A DNA stretch of 63,993 bases, the filler included, from Hausera hauseri (Eukaryota), in assembly GCA_046269625.1 (NCBI GenBank). It is 11 parts of 11 records of this genome, joined end to end, with 100 filler letters (N's around TTAATTAATTAA, not from the genome) between each part and the next. Parts side by side here need not be neighbours in the genome. Positions count along the whole stretch, not along the records: positions 49,752 to 59,949 come from JBJURY010227740.1; positions 60,050 to 63,993 come from JBJURY010868516.1; 9 more parts are not named here. The stretch is one strand, 5' to 3'. A model generated the notes under the pieces. That model saw only the letters and a program-made list of their open reading frames with translations. It ran no database searches and was not told where the DNA came from. Below are positions 58,972 to 63,993 of this stretch, one piece after another. A program made the translations under genes and the position numbers. The first letter of the stretch is position 1. Each line of letters opens with the position of its first letter.

Positions 58972-59877
58972 ATGAGCACACGGAACTATCGGGGTCGCTT
59001 TGCCCCCTCCCCCACTGGCCCCCTGCACTGGGGTTCACTGCTCAGCGCCGTGAGCAGTTATTTTGAAGCCCGATCACAGCAAGGGGAATGGCTGTTACGC
59101 ATAGAAGATATCGATCCACCAAGAGAAGTTCCGGGATCTGCCAATGACATTTTGCACACACTGGAACTCTACGGCCTGATCTGGGATAAAGAAGTCATCT
59201 ACCAGAGTCATCGTCATGAGCGCTATGCAGAGGCTCTGCACCACTTGCGCCCGCATCTTTACCGGTGCATTTGCAGCCGCCGGGAAATCGAAAATGCCAC
59301 CCCGAGCCGGGCAGAAGGTGCTATCTACCCTGGCACCTGCCGCGACAGGCATCTTGACCGGGGTGCCTGGCGTATTCGCGTAACCCCGACAGAAATTGTT
59401 TTTGAAGATGCCATACAAGGCATCATCCATCAGCCTCTGCAACAAACCGGGGACTTTGTGCTGCAACGCGCCGACCACTATTACGCCTATCAGCTGGCCG
59501 TGGTGGTGGATGATGCGGAAGCCGGCATTACGCATGTGGTACGCGGTGCCGACCTGTTAGGTGCGACCGCCAGACAGATTTTTCTGCAACAGCAACTGGG
59601 CTACCCCACACCGGGCTATGCTCATATTCCCGTGGCCGTAAATGCCGCCGGACAAAAACTCAGCAAGCAAACACAGGCACAAGCCTTGTCTGAAAAACAC
59701 CCGCAACTCACGTTATGGCAAGCCTTGTACACGCTGGGACAACATCCCCCCACCGAACTCCGGGGCGCAAGCATTGCCGAATTACACGCCTGGGCAAACG
59801 TGCACTGGCAACTGAAACACATACCCAGATACCTGACGCTGGAAAGCCCAAGCGCCTCCGTTACAACAGGGTCTTAA
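58972..59877 (+). CDS. gluQRS: tRNA glutamyl-Q(34) synthetase
   Basis: GRFAPSPTGPLHWGSL, LRIEDIDPPRE, CICSR...YPGTC, YQLAVVVDD, VVRGADL, KLSKQ; no anticodon-binding domain. Confidence 0.93.
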   Translation: MSTRNYRGRFAPSPTGPLHWGSLLSAVSSYFEARSQQGEWLLRIEDIDPPREVPGSANDILHTLELYGLIWDKEVIYQSHRHERYAEALHHLRPHLYRCICSRREIENATPSRAEGAIYPGTCRDRHLDRGAWRIRVTPTEIVFEDAIQGIIHQPLQQTGDFVLQRADHYYAYQLAVVVDDAEAGITHVVRGADLLGATARQIFLQQQLGYPTPGYAHIPVAVNAAGQKLSKQTQAQALSEKHPQLTLWQALYTLGQHPPTELRGASIAELHAWANVHWQLKHIPRYLTLESPSASVTTGS

Positions 59878-59949
59878 GGACACGCTGATTTATTCGGAGA
59901 TCGGCCGGTCATGATGATTGATGATATGCGAGAATCAGCACATGGATGG
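59878..59949 (+). mobile_element. IS end (same element as at 49752-49824) inserted at TTAA overlapping the gluQRS stop codon
   Basis: TTAA (59874-59877) followed by GGACACGCTGATTTATTC... Confidence 0.7.
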
Positions 59950-60049
59950 NNNNNNNNNNNNNNNNNNNNNNNNNNNNNNNNNNNNNNNNNNNNTTAATTA
60001 ATTAANNNNNNNNNNNNNNNNNNNNNNNNNNNNNNNNNNNNNNNNNNNN

Positions 60050-60443
60050 ATATCAAATGCTCGTATTCCAGTTCTATCCGTGAAACTGGACAAACTAAGT
60101 TGGCTATTATTGGACGCAAGATACTGGAAAAATCTCTCATTTCCATAGTTCATAAGATGGTGAATCGTAATAAGACCTTTAAAAACAATAATCCAGTTTG
60201 ATTGTTGCGTTCTTTCTATTAATAAATTGGCTAATTCTGGAATGGACACCTTTTGTTCAAACGAACATTGAACGAGATATTCTAAATACTTCTTTTGGGA
60301 GCAGAAATTTCCTCCGTAGTAGTTTTACAAACAACTTTTGCTAAACCCGAACCAGTAAAACTGTGTTTTGCAGCATTAACTCTGTCCATAAAACTTTGAC
60401 CGGTTCTGTTTCCATAGAGCTGTTTAACAGTTTTTTCTGCCAT
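60050..60443 (-). CDS. PICALM: PICALM/AP180 ANTH-domain protein, 5' part; 1-nt frameshift in an A-run near 60295
   Basis: GQSFMDRVNAAKHSFTGSGLAKVVCKTTTEE..APK(K)KYLEYL...SIPELANLLIERTQ..NWIIVFKGLITIHHLMNYGNERFFQYLAS. Confidence 0.88.
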
Positions 60444-61029
60444 TCTCTAAACAAAAAATGTCATATAAATAAAAGTGGAAATAATCTTCACGGCTCATAT
60501 TTTTTCATTTACAACACCATATCTGTCATGAGTGTAAAGATACTGGAATAACGAAAGATACATTGTGCGACCTTTTTTCAAATCTGACGAATGAAGTTGC
60601 AAAATAATGAATTCTTTATTGCTACGCTTTTTCAGTTTTGTCAAATAATATTGAACAACGGGTAACTTGATGCGGCCAGATATTGTGATTTCGAGGCGGA
60701 AGATTAGGGCCTGCCTAGGCGCCCGACGCATCGGCAGCGGAAACCCGATCGTGCCCAATCAAATAGACCATAGGGCGCCGGCCGCTGTGGGCACCACATT
60801 GACCTTAAATGACCTCATTTGACGGAGTTAAGGAATAACTACAAGTTCCTATTCACCCAGTCAGGGATAAGGAATAAGTACCAATTCTGATTCACCCAAT
60901 CGCCAAATTTACTTTTGTTCACTACTGCGGATACTACCGAAATTACATTAAAGATTACGTCACAATTGTTGCACTATTGGAAGAGCCATGTAAAGGCTAG
61001 AAAAATTCATCCGTTGCAATGGTTAGATT

Positions 61030-63030
61030 ATATGCTCAACGTTCTGCTTCAATTAAAACAGTATTTAACAATAGCTGCAATTTTGTCAGTTCCAAATAAC
61101 CATGACCATTTTATTTTGGACACAGATTCGTACCATTGGATGCGACTTTTTCTCAAATTCAAAGTGGAGATGAAAGAGTAATAGCCTAAACTTCACATAA
61201 CTTGTCTACAGCAAAACAACATTATTGTATGACAAGAAAATTGTTGTTAGGTGTCTATAAATACACAAAAATGTTCAGACACTATTTGTTTGGAAGAAGA
61301 TTTGTCATAAGAACAGATCACAAAGCTCTATGCTGGATGATGAATAGGAAGACATCAGGTACAAGCCAATTTAGTTCATGGCTCAATGAGTTAAGTGTTT
61401 TAGATATGGATATCCAATATAGAAAAGGAGAAGAACATAAGAATGCAGATGCTCTATCCCGAGCCCCCAAACAATGTCAACAATGTGTAATGAACTGCGA
61501 AAATCCTAAGGCAAAACGAAATGTGAAATACTACAATGAAAATTAAAATGATAAAAAACCGTTGTCTATTGCCGTCATATAGTAATGGAAGAATAGAATG
61601 TTTGTCAGATGGATGATGATAATCTTGCGCTGATAATCAAACTAATGAAGAACAAAAACATTGAAAACCAGTATCTGGGAGAACTCCAGAATGCAGAAAG
61701 AAACTCAGACGCTGTAGCGAAATCGGAAGGACTTGCAATTTAGAGGAGATTTGCTGTATATAATTCGCCATGGTAGCTATAAACTTCTATTGCTAAAAAT
61801 AGGAGGTATAAAACCATCTGCCATGCTCATATGATACTTGGATATATCGGAGCCATCAAAACGACAGCTGTTTTAAAGCAGAAATGGTACTGGCCAGATA
61901 CGCCTTTTGATGTTTGAATAAGAATAGGAAAATTTAAAGTGTCGAGTGCATAAAAATCATCAGCAAGATAAAAATAGGGCACATGGATGCTTAAATGCTG
62001 GGTATCCCTTTGAAACAATATCCATCAATGTAACGGGGCCTCTTCCAGAAAGCAAAAATGGATGTAGATATATTTTGGGTATCATCGATAACTTTTCAAA
62101 ATACCCTATGCTGATACTTCTGAGTAACATGACTGCCAAAATGATATGTAAATCTATATCCAGGAAATAGATATCGCAATTTGGAATTCATGATAGGATA
62201 CATTCAGATAGGGGTACTTCCTTCGAGAACGAAATCTTACATGAACTATATACACTTTTCGGAATAAGAAAGTCCCTAAGCTCACCATACTATTCCCGGG
62301 ATGACGGGGTGATTGAGAGATTACTCGAGACAGTAAAAGATATGCTTTACACAACATCAAAGTCTTTTAGTTGTGAATGGGAAGAATCAATTATCATTGT
62401 TGAATTCGGACTGAGAAATACCGTTCGCCGAAGTACTGGATTCTCACCATTCGAGGTGATATTTGGTCGAAAGATGTAGTCTATTTGGAAAAAAGTTATT
62501 CCAGTAAAAAGGGGAAACCATAGCCACTATGTCACAGATTTTCAGTGTTACATGTATTAAGCCAACATATCAAGATTACATACGAATTGAGAAAGCCAGT
62601 TGCAACATGTATCGACGTCAAGCTGGCCATTGACGATATGGTACTGGTCAGAATATTACCTCGAATCACAGGAATCGACGTCCCGAGATATGAAGGGCCA
62701 TACACGGTAATCGGGAAACTGGGAAAACATGCATAAAGTTGAAAAAGCATTATTGATGGAAGAATAATCGAAAGAAATGTGGTGGATATCAAAAGATCGG
62801 GAATGCCACGGAAGGACACGATGAAGTCGGAACAGGCTACAACGATCGTGTCGAAAAGTATCAAAAACGATCATCGATATTCACAGGACGATACAGAGGT
62901 ACACGAAGAGGGCCAGATGCCAGAGGAGCAGCGGCTATCAACCGACGAAATAAGAGTGAGACGCAACCCAATCCGAGACAGACAAAGGCCCAAAAGATGT
63001 AAAATTTAAGTTGTCAAACAGGGCGAGTGT
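61030..63030 (+). mobile_element. Decayed Ty3/Gypsy RNase H and integrase, ending at a PPT-like tract
   Basis: FILDTDS, HYLFGRRFVIRTDHKAL, YRKGEEHKNADALSR, PFETISINVTGPLP, IHSDRG, DGVIER, YEGPY; AAACAGGGCGAG then TG at 63028. Confidence 0.88.
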
Positions 63031-63171
63031 GGAATATTTAATTTGTTTAAATATTCATAATTGTGACTAACAACATATTTTTTGGAAACTTTTACTATTT
63101 GAAATTGAACAGGTAACATTTCACGCATTCTACTTAACAAAATTATTTACTGAATTTTTTGTTTGCTTTAG

Positions 63172-63928
63172 GTATGCTTATATTCGGATTTTTACTGAGG
63201 AACGTTCCATACATTAATATCGCCATATATATAGACAAACTGTGGTCGGGTTACTTGCGTAACGTATCATTGATGATCATTCTAATACGTGCTGGATTAG
63301 GACTGGATCCAAACACTTTAAAGAAATTAAGTTTCGTTGTTGTTCGATTAGCTTTTGGGCCGTGCATTATAGAAGCAATTGTCGAAGCAATTTTAAGTCA
63401 TTTCGTTCTCGGACTACCGTGGGGCTTTGCATTTATTCTTGGATTTGTTTTGGCCGCCGTATCACCAGCAGTCGTCGTTCCAAGCGTTTTAGAACTAGAA
63501 CGGAAAGGGCTGGGTGTGGAACAGGGTGTAAATACGTTAATAATTGCTGCTGCATCGATTGATGATGTTCTTGCAATTTCTGGATTCGGTGTATCTATGG
63601 GATTGGCCTTTTCAATGACAGACAACTTGGCTATGAGAATTCTCAGTGGCCCACTAGAAGCACTGGCCGGAATTGTTTTTGGTTGTGTTTTCGGGGCAGT
63701 TTTGTGGATTCTTCCTTCGCCAATTGAAGTTTGCCATCTTGGTAGTGGACGCATTATGTTTAGTTTAGAGCAAGTTCATATTTTTCCGTAGCCTTTTACT
63801 TTATCTCCTGTCTTCTGTGGCAATGTTCGGTAGTGGTGCTTGGAAGGTACCTGGAGCTGGTGCACTCGGTGTCCTCGTTCTGGCATTTATGGCCAGTTTC
63901 GGATGGAGAAAGAATCCATCTTGGTGTG
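63172..63928 (+). CDS. SLC9B/NHA-type Na+/H+ exchanger, internal exons (about 63172-63728 and 63769-63928)
   Basis: GMLIFGFLLRN, ILIRAGLGLDP, LAAVSPAVVVP, AAASIDDVLAI, then MFGS...PGAGALGVL after a ~40-nt GT-AG intron. Confidence 0.9.
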
Positions 63929-63993
63929 GTAAAAAGTAATTATGTAGCATTCTAATGATAATCTGACATCTAAGTATATCCGTCAACAAATTT

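Larger units (their letters stand above)
5693..60049. other. Ten artificial 100-nt contig spacers (5693-5792, 10459-10558, 15337-15436, 20132-20231, 26870-26969, 36491-36590, 41086-41185, 45396-45495, 49652-49751, 59950-60049)
   Basis: Identical N-run/TTAATTAATTAA/N-run linker (stops in all six frames); composition and apparent taxon change across most linkers. Confidence 0.98.

Noticed and set aside
60285-60305. Programmed frameshift in PICALM
   Set aside because: A single missing A in a homopolymer of a conserved gene is more likely a sequencing error.

Overview
This window is not one locus. It is 11 unrelated contigs joined by artificial 100-nt spacers (N-run + TTAATTAATTAA + N-run), so adjacency across spacers means nothing. 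(1) 1-5692: AT-rich decayed Ty3/Gypsy-type gag preceded by a co-oriented cassette of small genes holding six RING fingers and a BIR-RING (IAP-like) gene. (2) 5793-10458: gag C-terminus with a CCHC knuckle, about 3 kb of unknown ORFs, a ubiquitin-like/AT-hook ORF and a chuvirus-like glycoprotein, with no pol between gag and glycoprotein. (3) 10559-15336: spliced aspartylglucosaminidase gene plus a Polinton/Maverick pPolB pseudogene. (4) 15437-20131: fish-like non-coding ERV/LTR element with a PPT-LTR-PBS(tRNA-Tyr) junction. (5) 20232-26869: trypanosomatid-like DNA with a C2H2 gene and an amino-acid transporter. (6) 26970-36490: nested hAT, SWIM-YqaJ and piggyBac transposons. (7) 36591-41085: long ORF with structured 5' repeats, then Ulp1 protease and zinc-finger remnants (NeSL/Utopia-like non-LTR element). 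(8) 41186-45395: second Polinton pPolB pseudogene. (9) 45496-49651: orphan ORF plus decayed Ty3/Gypsy gag-PR-RT. (10) 49752-59949: proteobacterial contig flanked by inverted IS ends (47-aa TPR array, MazEF-like TA, type III Mod remnant, TonB receptor, two-component system, thioesterase, gluQRS). (11) 60050-63993: PICALM/AP180 5' end, Gypsy RNase H-integrase remnant and SLC9B/NHA exons. The best candidates for undescribed systems are the cargo-carrying retroelements in contigs 1, 2 and 7. All family calls come from motifs read by eye; no database search was run.
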